Positions 45,893 through 59,307 of a stretch of 64,000 nt of DNA are shown here, piece by piece. The stretch is from Amoebidium appalachense (taxonomy: Eukaryota; Protista; Ichthyosporea). Each line of letters starts with the position of its first letter. Within the stretch, counting starts at the first letter, position 1. Location: the NCBI GenBank assembly GCA_963693365.1, contig CAVNZM010000017.1, positions 2,223,527-2,287,526 of the forward strand, read 5' to 3'. The notes beneath the pieces were generated by a model. The model was given only the letters and a program-made list of their open reading frames with translations, had not been told where the DNA came from and searched no databases. Position numbers and translations under genes: made by a program.

Positions 45893-47580
45893 TCACAGCA
45901 GACGAGGAACGTTCTGGGCAAACTGGCCGAGGTAGTTGCCGGGGGGGCTGTAGTTGCAGACGAGGTAGAATGCACCATTGCTGGCCCGGGCAGCACCCAC
46001 TCCGAGCTGCCGGCTGCTCTTCCACACCACTTGGGTGAAGTGGCCTGTTTGGAGAAGCAGGTATAATGAGGGTTAGTGATTAGATGTAGCCAAGCCCTGC
46101 AACGACACTTAGTATACCAAGACACGATGAAGGTTTCTAGAATTGAGAAAGGTTGAATCGTGTGGCATCTTAGAACACCTGCTTTCAAATTGCATTCTAA
46201 TATCTCTAGCATTAGGACATGAAAAGTCAGAAAGCAGCCTTACCAAGACAAGAATTCGGATAGTGGTTCCAGCTGTAACTACGGTGATATATGTACTCGC
46301 AGCCTGAGTCAAGCAGTTGCTTCAACTCTGTGTGTTGCATAGACATATCTAAGTCGATTTTTTACAACTTGCTGTTTAGCCTCGCCACGCCATGTCGACA
46401 ACAGTACTAGTGATCACTTTCATATGTGTATAAATCAGGTCCACGTCGAATCATTATGTTACCTGTGGAGGCAGAGAACGTTGGGTTGTTGTAGTCGTAG
46501 TACTTGATCTCGTTGTACCAAGCATCAACAGCGGCATAGGGACTCGGGACAGTGTTCGTAGAGCTCCAGCTCATGTAAAGGTTCTCTCCATACTTGTTGT
46601 TGGGACGGTGGGAGAACTGCTGGGTGCTGGCCAGTCGGTCGGCCCACTCTTGTGCCCATGCGTTGATCTGTTCATAGCAAGGGATGTGTTAACTTTGTGC
46701 TGACAGTGTATTGCATGCTTAGAGCAATGTTGGCTGCCAAGCGCACATGCATGTTGCATCCATCAACGAACTTTCAGGCTTGTAAGTCCCCTCGTATCTG
46801 TGCTGCAATTACAAGAGAGGTGGGCTGCTATTTTAGCATTTTTGAGGCCCTTATAGGAAGGCACGGTGGAGTAAAACAATCAACTGAACAACGGTCGTAT
46901 GCATGTATAAAAAGTTAAAAAAAGTTTCTACGTGTGTGCCACAGCCCAGAGTCTCCGATGATGGGCGAATCTGGTTCACGGATATGGAGCCCCTACGTAG
47001 CAGAACTCCTGTTGAGCACAAAAACTTGTCAAACTCATTAACTGAAATGAACCCACCGTGGCATTCAGCTGCAGGGGAGGTGAACCATGGCGTGCGCGAT
47101 ACATGTTGTGGCGTTCCAGAACGGCCGTGCGGTTGAATCCAGGCACAAGCACACGCCCAACGAGATGTTTCTTGTCATTATGAGGGAACTTGGGCGTCTT
47201 GATACGTTTGTCAGGCTTGCACTTGAGTCCACGAGGTTCGGGGTCGATGAGCAGGTAGCCTTGAACATTGACGTCGTTTGTTGAATCGGGGCTGTAGACA
47301 TCCACAGTCACGTCTACGTCTTCGTTGGTGTGCATCAGAGCAGCGGGTCGGTCGGGGTTTCCTGAGGGATGGAGCAAGATTCAGTAATCCGGAAAGGAAC
47401 CCAGCTAGCGATACATTGAATTTCTACGTTGGCATGCTCATGCACCAGAAACAACATATGCATACATATTTGCGCCCGTTGTTCTTGAAAAAGGAAGAAG
47501 TGTTTACCTTGGCAGCTCTGAACGGCCAGAAGAACCACCCCACTCAAACACGCAGCCAGACGAGCTAGAGAGAGCACCAT
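45893..47580 (-). CDS. Secreted CAP/SCP (GAPR-1/PRY-like) domain protein (~244 aa, 4 exons)
   Basis: Exons 47580-47508, 47361-47057, 46667-46463, 46044-45893 (735 nt). Signal peptide MVLSLARLAACLSGVVLLAVQSCQG. CAP motifs: LERHNMYRARHGSPPL, AQEWADRL, YGENLY, AVDAWYNEIKYYDY, TGHFTQVVWKSSRQLGVG, VCNYSPPGN. Confidence 0.92.
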
Positions 47581-48666
47581 TTTCCACTCTTTTTTGTAGC
47601 CACAGCGACAAGAGGAAGCCGAGTATGTGGCTTCAGATTCTGATTGAAAAGAAAGAAGAAGGGAAGAGAATGACGAAATGAAGCATGCCACGTCCTTTTA
47701 TACATATGCGTGCGTGAGGGGGCGATCTTATGACGCCATGATGAGGGGAAGCGTGAGATAAAATGGTTCGCGGCTCGAGGCTGCCAAAAAAGGCTATCGT
47801 TTGTTCAAAGAGAATTCTACGATCCGATTGGTGCTTTGAGTTCACACTTGTCACCACTTCAGGTGGCGTGGCGTTTCAGCGTAACCGTGCGAGGAAAATA
47901 AAACATATTGAGGCTACCGTAGCTCTTTTAGGTAGATAATTGCGAGCAGAGATTCATGCCACCTGTATGTTGTCATCTCGTGCTTTTGTCACGTTTTAAA
48001 AACAATAATGAAGCTTTCTGTCGTGTTCCCGTTCGTGCGTGGGCTGCGGACCTCAGCGGCGGTCAGTGCGGTGGCCACTAGTGACTGGGCATCGGACCCG
48101 CATTCCAAACGGTGCAACCTGAACCAATCAACAATCAATATAACGGAGGTGCGTTCCGATCCAATCACGACTGTTTTTACAGATTGCGGTCTAGCCAATC
48201 AGCTTAGCCTGAGCTCCGTTCACTTCAAAATACACATGGCGTTTCACGTTTCTTTTTTTCCCGTCCGACGGCACCTCAGCCCTACCTGCACATGAATGCA
48301 TGTCGATCGACGTTTCTGTAGTACTAGACGACATGTGAATTCGGTGGGCTCACTGGCTAGGCAGGCACGCTTGCTGACTACACACTATGGCGTAGATATC
48401 ATCAGCGCGAATGAATCATAGCCCCCCCTTCCCCCCCCTCCCCTCACACACACACATATCCACCTGCACACACGCACACACTGACGCACACACGCACGCA
48501 CACACATACACACACACACACAACACGCACACCCAAAAAAACAACACACAAACACAAACGAACACTGACACACACGCACAGAGAGGGAGAGAGGGAGGGG
48601 GGAGGGGGGGGGGGGGGGAGAGAGAGAGAGCGAGAATGTGAGAGAGAGAGAGGAGGGAGGGGGGGG

Positions 48667-48714
<48 letters not shown>

Positions 48715-48809
48715 GAGAAGATAGATATATATATATATATTATAGAGAGAGAGAGATAGAGAGAGAGGGAGAGAGAGAGAGTGTGTGTGTGTGTGTGTGT
48801 GTGTGTGGA

Positions 48810-50240
48810 GGGGCCACCCAGCCTGCAGGCCCTGCCAGGGCCACCCAACCAGCAACAACCGACCACACCCACACTGCAGCAGCCGCCTGCAGCAGCGGCG
48901 TGCAGCTCCGGCCGGCAGGCCCAGCACGGGCCACCCAGCCGACAGCACCAACAGGAGCCACCCAGTCAGCAGCAGCAGCCTCAGGCTGCAGCCCCAGCAG
49001 GCAGCCCACACCGGCAGCCACGTGCACAGCAGGGGCCACCCAGCCTGCAGGCCCTGCCAGGGTCACCCAGCCAGCAGCAACCGACCACACCCACACTGCA
49101 GCGGCTGCCTGCAGCAGCAGATTGCAGCCCCGGCCGGCCGGCCCAGCACGGGCCACCCAGCCGACAGCACAAACAGGAGCCACCAAGCGAGCAGCAGCAG
49201 CCACAGGCTGCAGCCCCAGCAGGCGGCCCACACCGGCAGTCACAGCAGGGGCCACCCAGCCTGCAGGCCCCGCCAGGGCCACCCAGCCAGCAGCAACAGA
49301 CCCCACCCACACTGCACCAGCTGCCGCAGCAGATCGCAGCCCCGGCCGGCCGGCCCAGCAGCCGACAGCACGAACAGGAGCCACCAAGCCAGCAGCAGCA
49401 GCCTCAGGCTGCAGCCCCAGCAGGCAGCCCACACCGGCAGCCACAGCAGGGGCCACCCAGCCAGCAGCAACCGACCACACCCATACTGCAGCAGTTGCCT
49501 GCAGCAGCTGATTGCAGCCCCGACCGGCCGGCCCAGCACAGGCCACCCAGCCGACACCACCAACAGGAGCCATCAAGCCAGCAGCAGCAGCCTCAGGCTG
49601 CAGCCCCCGCAGGCAGCTCACACCGGCAGCCACAGCAGGGGCCACCCAGCCTGCAGGCCCTGCCAGGGCCACCCAACCAGCAGCAACCGACCCCACCCAC
49701 ACTGCAGCAGCTGCCTGCAGCAGCAGTGTGCAGCCCCAGCCCAGCACGGGCCACCCAGCAGACAGTACCAACCGACAGTACCAACAGGAGCCACCAAGCC
49801 AGCAGCTGCAGCCTCAGGCTGCAGCCCTAGCAGGCAGCCCACACCGTCAGCCACAGCAGGGGCCACCCAGCCTGCAGGCCCTGCATGGGCCGCCCGGCCA
49901 GCAGCAACAAACCACACCCACACTGCAGCAGCTGCATGCAGCAGCAGATTGCAGCCCCGGCCGGCCGGCCCAGCACAGGCCACCCAGCCGACAGCACCAA
50001 CAGGAGCAACCAATTAAGCCAGCAGCAGCAGCCGCAGGCTGAAGCCCCAGCAGGCAGCCCACACCGGCAGCCAAAGCAGGGGCAACCCAGCCTGCAGACC
50101 CTGCCAGGGCCACCCACTGGCAACCAACCGCTACAGACCACACCCACGCAGCCGCAGCGGCCCACAGCAGCAGAGTGCAGCCCTGGCCAGCAGGCATGGC
50201 ACGGGTCACCCGGCCCACCCTGCAGCAGCACCCCACCCCC
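48810..50240 (+). repeat. ~200-220-bp GC-rich tandem repeat (~6-7 units) at the 5' end of the LINE
   Basis: GGGCCACCCAGCC(TGCAGG)-type starts recur at ~48810, 49033, 49248, 49450, 49638, 49859 and 50079. Confidence 0.9.
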
Positions 50241-51714
50241 CCAGCAGCCCACCTGTCTCAGACAGGGAGGCAGTGGGAGGAGTGGGAGGCAGCCCTGCGG
50301 GAGCAACTACAACTATACAGGTCTCAACTCCGAAGGAAACGGCAAAAACTCCTTTGGCTACGGGCAACAGCAGCAGCAGAAGCACGGTGCAAGCGCATAG
50401 TGGACGAACTTCGGCGAGCACTAAGCAGCATTTTAGACCGGGGGAGTGTGAACGTCTCGGCTACGTTAGTCAAGCACGTCACCTCAACGGGCACTGAGTA
50501 CCTCACGGAGTGGGCTGACACGGAGCCCGTCATTCGTGAAACTTATCACCGGTGGACGGCCCGCAGGAACCCACACATCGAGGAGATGCTCGCCGACCCA
50601 ATGTGGGCCGACATCTATCGACCGATCCCCCCCGAAGACTCCCCATTAGGGTCTATAATGCACCCGGCCACCCACGACGAGATTCAACAGATCGTCCAAA
50701 GCCGACAGGGGGGGAAGGCCCCCGGCCCAACGGAAATCCAGTACGATTACTTCCAACACCTGGGGCCAAAGGGGCTAGCATGGCTCCTACATATCATCCA
50801 CGGATGTCTGGCCACGGGGATCACACCGAGGTCATGGCTGCACCACACCATCCATCCCCTACCGAAAGGGAAATGGGAAGGTGACTTCGACAATACCCGA
50901 CCGATAGCACTCTTGGAAACGGCACGGAAGCTGCTAGAATCGGTCATCAACCTGCACCTACTCTCGATCTTCCGGCAGCACCCCACCCTCCTCCCGGGGG
51001 GGAATTTCGAGTTCGTGCCGGGCTCGGGTATCGACGGGGCGCTGGCTATCATCCAAGAGACGATAGATGATGCCATAGACCACGACCAGGAACTATGGAT
51101 CGTCCAACAGGACATTAAGAGGGCATATATGACACGGTGTCGATCGCGACGTCTTGGCCCTCGGTGGAACTGGGGCTCACCCGCCTGGGCACCGACCCCC
51201 AACTAATCACCCTCCTCCGGCACATGTGGCACAATCGTACGGCCACGGTGTGCACAGACCAGCCTGAGGGGCACACTGAGTCTTTCCCTGTTGAAAACGG
51301 CCTGGCCCAAGGGGCTGTCCTCTCCCCCATTCTGTGGATTATTTTCTACGATCCAGTTTTGACAGCCATCAAAAGGCACGGCAAGGGGTACACTTTCCAC
51401 CTACCCCCACAGACACAGCACCACACACCGGCACAAACACCCCCGTGTGTGACGTCTGTAGCCTTCGCCGACGACACAACATGGTTTGGCCCCAACAAGG
51501 AGAGCATCCAGCAAACTCTCGACTTATCTGCCCCCTTTTTACTACCATGACTTGGAACCACACCCAGACAAGTTTTCAGTCCTCGCCCGTGGTACCCCAA
51601 CACGGGCAACAGTGGCCCCCCTGCAGTACCGCATATCCCCGGGAGCACCACCCCTACCCATTCAGATCGAGCCCCCCGATGCGCACATCAGAGTGCTAGG
51701 GGTCAACGTGACCC

Positions 51715-52484
51715 TGTTGGACATTGTGTTCATAGAAGCTAGTTCTCGTGCACGTTGTTCCTTCTGTAAGTCAGAAATGATTGCATCTTGTGAGGCCAAC
51801 CTCTGCTCCAGTAGTTGGACTAGTTGCTGCAACTGTAAGTTGTCAGACATAGTGTCGTGTATGATGGGTAACTAGTCTATGTGTTTTGTGCACTGAAAAC
51901 GACAGTAGAAAAGTGTAAATCAAAAGTTCTGCTTCCCATGTTTGTGACATGGGTCCGGGAGGCACTGCTTTATATAGTCGTTGGCCACCTCATGGTGGCC
52001 TCGTGTGCACCCTGGTGGTGGGCCATGTACAGCATGGCCGAAAAGAGAGCACAATGAAAACAAGTCGTTAAAGATATAAAAGTTAACTGTGCACGTTGAG
52101 TGGCTAGTTAACTTGCACTAAAGCACACAAATAAACGTGTTTAACACACCAATTGCGTTAAACGTAAATCTTGCTTCACACAACTAAAAATATTCTGAGA
52201 ATATCCGGGAATAAAGCACACTACCACTCTAAGAATAGAATCCTGTGGCAAATATAGACATGACATCATCTGAACCGGGAATATTAATTAATGAGCACAA
52301 TTAGCACGTTGCTAGTGAAGCTCGTCATTGGTACAGTTTTGGCTCAAACATATAACTACCATATATGAATATGACCGTAAACAAAAGCTCTATGCACTCG
52401 AGTGAGTGTTGAAACAATTATTCAATTGCTCAGAAACTTTCTCTAACAGACATTGCTAGCCGGGAGTACCAGTGTACTCCAACA
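51715..52484 (-). mobile_element. Solo LTR (770 bp) inserted in the LINE RT
   Basis: Termini TGTTGGA...TCCAACA (perfect 7-bp inverted repeat). 5-bp TSD GACCC at 51710-51714 and 52485-52489. Removal restores the LINE frame (GVNVTL-QRHTRPNDGKAMQ). Orientation is inferred from a TATA box plus ORF on the minus strand and is uncertain. Confidence 0.9.
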
Positions 52485-55400
52485 GACCCTCCAACGACAC
52501 ACCCGGCCCAACGATGGGAAGGCCATGCAGCTGACATTACGGGCCACCACCATACTAGCCCGTAAAATGCTGGCACCCAGCCAAGTGATCTACGTAGCCA
52601 ACAGTGTGGTGGCCCCGGCCATCCTCTTCCTCCTCAAAGGGTCAGTCATCAGCAACACCACCATGCAGGTAATCGACAGCAAGTGGAGAGACCTACTCCG
52701 TCGGATGTGTGGTTTTCACCGGAGCACCCCGTCCGGGCTGCTACACCATCCCACTCAGGGGGACTGGCCAGCATCGTCGAATCAGCAGCCAGCACCATGG
52801 TTACGGAGCTGTGTGCCCTGCTGGAAACACCAGGACCAGCGGGGGACGTGGTCCGGTACCGAGCCTGGCAGCAGCAACACGTGACAAGCCTACCCTACCC
52901 ACCCCTGCAAGCACCCCCAGCCAAACTTTACAGGCTAGGGGGAAAGCAGCTCCACAACTATTGGGCCCATATCACGGGGATCCTTCACGAGCGGCACCTG
53001 AGTATCGGGGAAACCCCCCCAAAAAAAAACACAAGCCCCCCCACCCCCCCACCCCCCCCCCCCCCCCCCTCCTGGGCCAAGGAGAAGGAGGGGAAGCAGC
53101 AACAACAACCAGCACCCCTATCAACACAGCTTTCCCGGACCACACCTTTGCGGCCCACATCGGCCCCCACACACACCCCCGTCAACTCAGCACGGTGGAG
53201 GACACCTTGGTACGGCCGGGGGTGTTCCGGGCGTTCCCCGAACTGCCCCACCCCCCAGACCTACTACACCCGGGAGCTACACAGTGGTACAGGTTCATCA
53301 TCAAGGGGGCCATCCCCATCGCAGCCCAACTACGGCCAGCACCCAGACCACACACCCACCACACCATTGACCTCGTGGCAAACCACCCCGCCGGTGCATT
53401 CGTGGTGGAAATAGTCAAGAACGGGCAATACGAACTCAGCCAGGTGGTGGCCCACACCACCCACAACGGGGAGGCTTGGGTCAAAATAGCCCATCTACGG
53501 GACAACACAGAGGAGGAGGGGCTGAGATGGCACCGACCCACGTGGAACGACCCACATGGAACAGCCCATTTCCGCTTTTGCCCCGGTGACTGCAAATACG
53601 GCCACTCCCCATGGAACATGGCCTACACCCCGGCCACCCTCTCCCCCAGACCCGGGTACGCAGACGGAGAGGGGGAAGGGTCAGACACGGAGCCAGAATC
53701 GGAGTCGACGGGGCCCAGCGACGACTCCGACGACTCAGAGGACTCTAGCACCGACAGCACCAACAGCAAATACGAGCCCCCTGAGCCCCCAGCCGATAAC
53801 CACACCCACAACGTTCAAGCAGTGTGTGGGGTGGACCCGTGCTGTGGAGGTGATACGGGCAGACCCCTACGTGGCCTTCAAGACCCGAATCACCACCCAC
53901 ATGGTAGTCCCGAAGTACCACAAGGGCTTCATCAACACCGACAGTATCGACATCTACCAAGTCATCGCACTGAAGGATGGCTCCGATCCGGCCGAGCAGT
54001 GGAGGAAGATACACTATTTTCGGCGGCATCTTCCCCCCCACCAACAGGCATCACCCCAGATGCTCCACCTGCAAGCCAACGAGGAGGCCACAGTATTCTT
54101 GCCGGGCGACCTCCCCGGCCCACCACCCCCCCAGCAGCCACCACCGGTAGGGTCACCACCAGGACACAAGTGCACGGCCCATTCGGCTGACCTGCCGAGC
54201 CCACCCACTCCCCGTAGGCTCACCTACACCGACTTGGTGCCCCAGGCCACCTATGACGAGTGGCAGCAGCAAATCACCCTGATCCCCCCAGACCAACCGA
54301 TCACCGTTTATACGGACGGCAGCCTCATCCACCCGGGCAGGAGGATAGCCCAGGCCGGAGCCGGGGCTGTGCTGGACACCCCGGACCGGAAAGCACCACC
54401 AGTGACGGCCAAGACCAGGCTCCATACGGCCCTATCATCCACCCAAGCCGAACTCACAGGGGTACTACTAGCCCTCCTGCTCACCCCCACCCCCACCCCC
54501 ATCCACATCAAGCTCGATAACCTCGGAGAAGTCGACCGATGGGGGGCAAACATGGACCCCACCACACCCCCTCGACGTAAGCTAAAGTTCCCCCACATAG
54601 TGGAATGGGCTCACGTACGTACGAGACCAACTCTCCCTACGGCAACCAGGCTCTGTACAGGTATCGTGGGTGAAGGCGCACCAATCCAACACCAAACGGT
54701 ACGGTCAACGGAATAACGAGGCAGACAAGGCAGCCAATGCAGGAAGAGCCCTCCCCCCTCGCCCCCCCCCCCCTACCTCCGGCCCCGGGGGGGAGGAAAT
54801 ACTTCCTACGACTACAAGGCCACCGTATCCCCGCCAACATTCCCGGTACACTGAACCGGTTGAACAAGGACTTCCTCACCGACATGGGGGGGTGCGGCAA
54901 GACCAAGGCTATGTCCATACTGGCCGACCCCAGACTGCTCCCAGCCGAACGGAACCCCCTCAAGCTCAACAAGGGGCCCGCACAGGCAACCATCGGGGCC
55001 GTCAGAGGAAACATTCGTAGCCTGTCCCTGGCCATGGGCACCCTGCCTACCATGACACGGCTACACCGAGATCAACCCATCGTCGTTACACAGCCCACAT
55101 GCCCCCGGTGCAGCCAGCACCCTGAGACCACCACCCACCTCTGGGCCTGCCCGGCCCATGCCGGGGAGGTCCCCACCCTGACCACGGCCATCACAGCCTG
55201 CATCCACAACGTCCTGCACACTCGTCATCCAAACACCCCCACGGCACAGCACCACCATACGGCAGCCACGGTGGTAGACCAATGTGCATGGATAAACTGG
55301 ATAGGAGGCAACGGTGACCCACCAGACCCCGAAGACATCAAGTGGGTCGAACGGGGATTCTGCCCACGATCGGTGGGCCCACTACTTGCAGCCACCGGCA

Positions 55401-56102
55401 CCACCAAGACCACCACCCGGGCCATCTTAGGAAAAATCACAGTAGAGTTGCAGTCCTTTTTCTTTTCAAAAATTTGGCACCCACGGAACACAACACTCCC
55501 CCCCACCCACCCCAAAATGCAAAAACACCACCATATACCCACCACCCGTAGAAAGAAAAGTATGGCTCCCCAAAAACCCAAGACACCAACAAATACACCC
55601 CCCACACACACCCGGCCAGCCTGTTCTGACTGCCGGAACACACACAGACCCGGTGTGCCCTTTAAACCCCACCTTTTAGTCCACAAAAACATCGCCACAA
55701 CATGCGTACAACAACACATAATGTTAGGCAGCAACCCCCCCCCACGACCACCACCACACCCCATCATCCACCCATACCCACCGTAAATACTATACACAAC
55801 ACTTAGGACTTCCCAATACTGTAGATCGACCAATGAGAGCCCTCGGTTAACGTTTATTGCTAGGTTTGGAATGGAGGGGAGGACTGGAGCCTCCTGCCGG
55901 CGTGGCTGGGGTAGTAGCCCTGGGCAAAGTGTGTGCTTATAGTTAGGTTGTGAAGGATGGTTTAGCTTAGCTGAACTCATAGATAGCACCTTAACTAGTG
56001 TACTGTCGGTGCTGTGTGGTAGACGGTAGTTTCCCGGGAACAAAACGTGATAAAATAAAAAATAAAAATGTGTGTGTGTGTGTGTGTGTGGGGGGGGGGG
56101 GG

Positions 56103-56224
<122 letters not shown>

Positions 56225-56275
56225 GAGAGGGAGAGAGGGAGAGAGGGAGGGGGAGAGAGAGGGGAGAGAGAGGGG

Positions 56276-56336
<61 letters not shown>

Positions 56337-57828
56337 TCGGAGGGGGGGGGGGGGAGGGGGGGGGGGGGGGAGAGAGAGGGGGGGGGGGGGGGGGGGGAGA
56401 GATATATATATATATGAGAGAAGAGAAAGAGGATTTGGTCTCTGGCCTTCTGCTAGTCTTAAAATTAGTTAAATTCCATGTTAAATACTGACGTTATTGA
56501 TAAGGGATGGGTACCAATCCCACGAGACCTGCAAATTTCTCAGTGTGGGTGTAATTTTTGAAGCTCAATTTAGCTCAGTTCTAGCAGGGCTCTAACTGAT
56601 GTGGTGTGTGGTGGTATGGGGTTGTGGGTGGTGGAATGCACGTCGTATTAATGTTGTATAATAAAAATGTGGTGGTGGCTGCCGTCTTGTTGTGTGACTA
56701 TGCTGCCTGTGTATGTACGTTTACGTGTGTGGTGTGGGTTGCATTTGTTGTGTGTGTGTGCACTTACTGTAATGTCATGCCAGTTTGTTATGAGTGGGGC
56801 TCTCCCCCGCCAAATCATGTGCTTTGTTTCGTTTTGCTCTGTTTTTTTGTTTTGTTTTTGCTGTTTTTTACTTACTAATAGTTTCCTCCCTGTTTTTTGC
56901 TGTTTTTACTTAACTGTTTTTGCCGCTTATTTTTCGTCTTAATCCATATCACGGACTTTGAGGGTTATCGCGGCACAGCTACGAGGCTCAGCCTGAGGTC
57001 CCGAGGGGTGGCCGTGTAAATTGGATTCCTGTGTTTTGTGTTTCCTTTTGTGATGGGTGTCTAAATATCGTGCCCTGCAACTAGGTAGTAGTATGATCCA
57101 GGAAGACTCCGATATATATACATATTCGTTGACTAATGTAGGGTATAAACGGGCAAGCGGGCTGGGTGCTGGTTTGATTAGGGCAGGTGGTAGGATGATG
57201 TTTGCTGATTTGAAACATGGGTGCCCGGTGGGGAAGGGGGAGAGCTGGCCTCACGGCCTCCCCCCCCTCCCCCCCTGGCCCCCGAATCTAATGCACATTG
57301 GTGGTGCTACTGGTGGTACCAGTGGTGATGTTGGTGGTGTCACTGATTGAATGGATGAAACTGAGGCGCGATGTGAGGGGGGGGGGGGGGGGGGGGGGGG
57401 GGGATTCTAACTCAATTGAGTTGGGGGAGGAAGGGGGGGGGGGGGGGGGGGGGGGCATCAGATTTAACACTTAAATAGAATGGATAATGATTTTGCTTTT
57501 GGTGAATAAATTTGCTGAAAGCAGCATAATCCTGGTTTATGCAAATTAATTCATTACTTATGTTAAAATAAAACTGCTGTTAGCAAGTGTACTGAATCTT
57601 CTGCCACCGTGCAGAACTTAGTATTATTCTTCCGACAGCTGAAAGTTTCTTCCTTTTGCTGATCGAATACTCCTGCTGTTTGCTAAATAACTCTACCTAA
57701 AGCATAAAAAAAATCGGCCTTGAAAAAAACTGCCTTTCATTCAAATTCCGAAAAGGTCTTCGCGGAACAATCCGGTTTCTTGGCAGTTCTGCTTATGTGG
57801 TTGGGCTCTGTGTGGCACACGTGTGTGT

Positions 57829-57859
<31 letters not shown>

Positions 57860-58077
57860 GGGGGGGGGGGCGGGGGGGAGTTTTGTTTGTGATAGTGTGT
57901 GTGTGTGTGTTTGCGCGCACCCGCGCACGCAAAGATTTTGTGATGCACCATTCAAAAGTGTTAGGTGCTATTTTCATTCCCCTTGTTATTTCGCTTTTTC
58001 CCAGTGTGTTTTTTTTTTTTTTTTTCTTTTCCACGCGCGGGGGGGGAGGAGGGAGGAGGAGGAGGAGGAGGAGGGGG

Positions 58078-58126
<49 letters not shown>

Positions 58127-58226
58127 AGTTCTAAAGTTGGTATAATGTGGTTGGGTTGTCTGTGTGTGTGTGGGGTGGGGGGGGGGGGGGGGGGGGGGAG
58201 TGGGTGCGTGGGGGGGAGTTTGTGTT

Positions 58227-58303
<77 letters not shown>

Positions 58304-58423
58304 CCGCGCGCGCGAATTTCAAAGGTTGGTGACACACCATTTTAAAGGGCAAGTTTTTTTTTTCTTTCCAACTTTGTTTTTGTATTTTTCCTGTTTGAAG
58401 GGAAAGAGGGGAGGGAGCGTGAA

Positions 58424-58472
<49 letters not shown>

Positions 58473-58547
58473 AGGAGGGTTCGAACTTCTAAGTATGAAG
58501 GTTTCTCTTATTTATTATCTGGGTGGGGTGGGAAGCTAGGGTTGGGT

Positions 58548-58586
<39 letters not shown>

Positions 58587-58612
58587 ATGGTGTGTGTGTG
58601 TGTTTGTATGTG

Positions 58613-58694
<82 letters not shown>

Positions 58695-58773
58695 ATGCGC
58701 GCGCGCGCGCGGCCGCACACACGTGTGTGTATGTGTACCATATGCATGCCAATTTTTGGGGAAGGGGGGAGGT

Positions 58774-58804
<31 letters not shown>

Positions 58805-58806
58805 GG

Positions 58807-58837
<31 letters not shown>

Positions 58838-58840
58838 AAA

Positions 58841-58875
<35 letters not shown>

Positions 58876-59244
58876 GCTGTTTTATTATTATTATCGACAA
58901 CGCGTGAGGATGTAAGGTCGTTAGCCGTTGCACGTTAGCGTGTGGTGCTTATGAGGGACCGGCACTTCCGCTCATCAAAGTACGGCGTTACAAGACATGT
59001 TGTGGATAGTATTATTATTTTTTTTCTTTTGTTGACATGTGCAAACCAATATCATTATGACTCCTTTAAAGAACAGGCGAAACCTTCCAGAACGTTCGGC
59101 TATAGTCACATTGTAACAAAAAAAAAATCAAGTATTGTAATTTTTTGAATTGGTAGGTTAACTTCGGTATGCTTTGTAAATGCACACAAACATACAAACG
59201 TGGGGGAGGGAGTAGTGCGTGTGTATGCACGTGCGTGTGTGTGT

Positions 59245-59307
<63 letters not shown>

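Larger units (their letters stand above)
48810..56067 (+). mobile_element. 5'-truncated, frameshifted non-LTR retrotransposon (RT + RNase H + C-terminal zinc finger)
   Basis: RT motifs: KAPGPTEIQY, HPLPKGKWEGDFDNTRPIALLETARK, IVQQDIKRAY, GLAQGAVLSPILWIIFYDP, VAFADDTTW, IRVLGV. RNase H: VYTDGS...SSTQAELTG...IKLDN...VKAH...NNEADKAAN (~54300-54740). CPRCSQHPETTTHLWAC, stop at 55786. The 3'UTR ends in an A-rich tail ATAAAATAAAAAATAAAAA. (TG)n on both flanks. No endonuclease domain visible. Confidence 0.9.

Noticed and set aside
48810-50240. CRISPR-like periodic array
   Set aside because: The units are wholly repeated with no unique spacers, there are no cas genes, and the context is eukaryotic.
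51725-52448. Alternative LTR boundaries with TSD GACAT
   Set aside because: The 51715-52484 boundaries give a perfect 7-bp terminal inverted repeat and restore the LINE reading frame.
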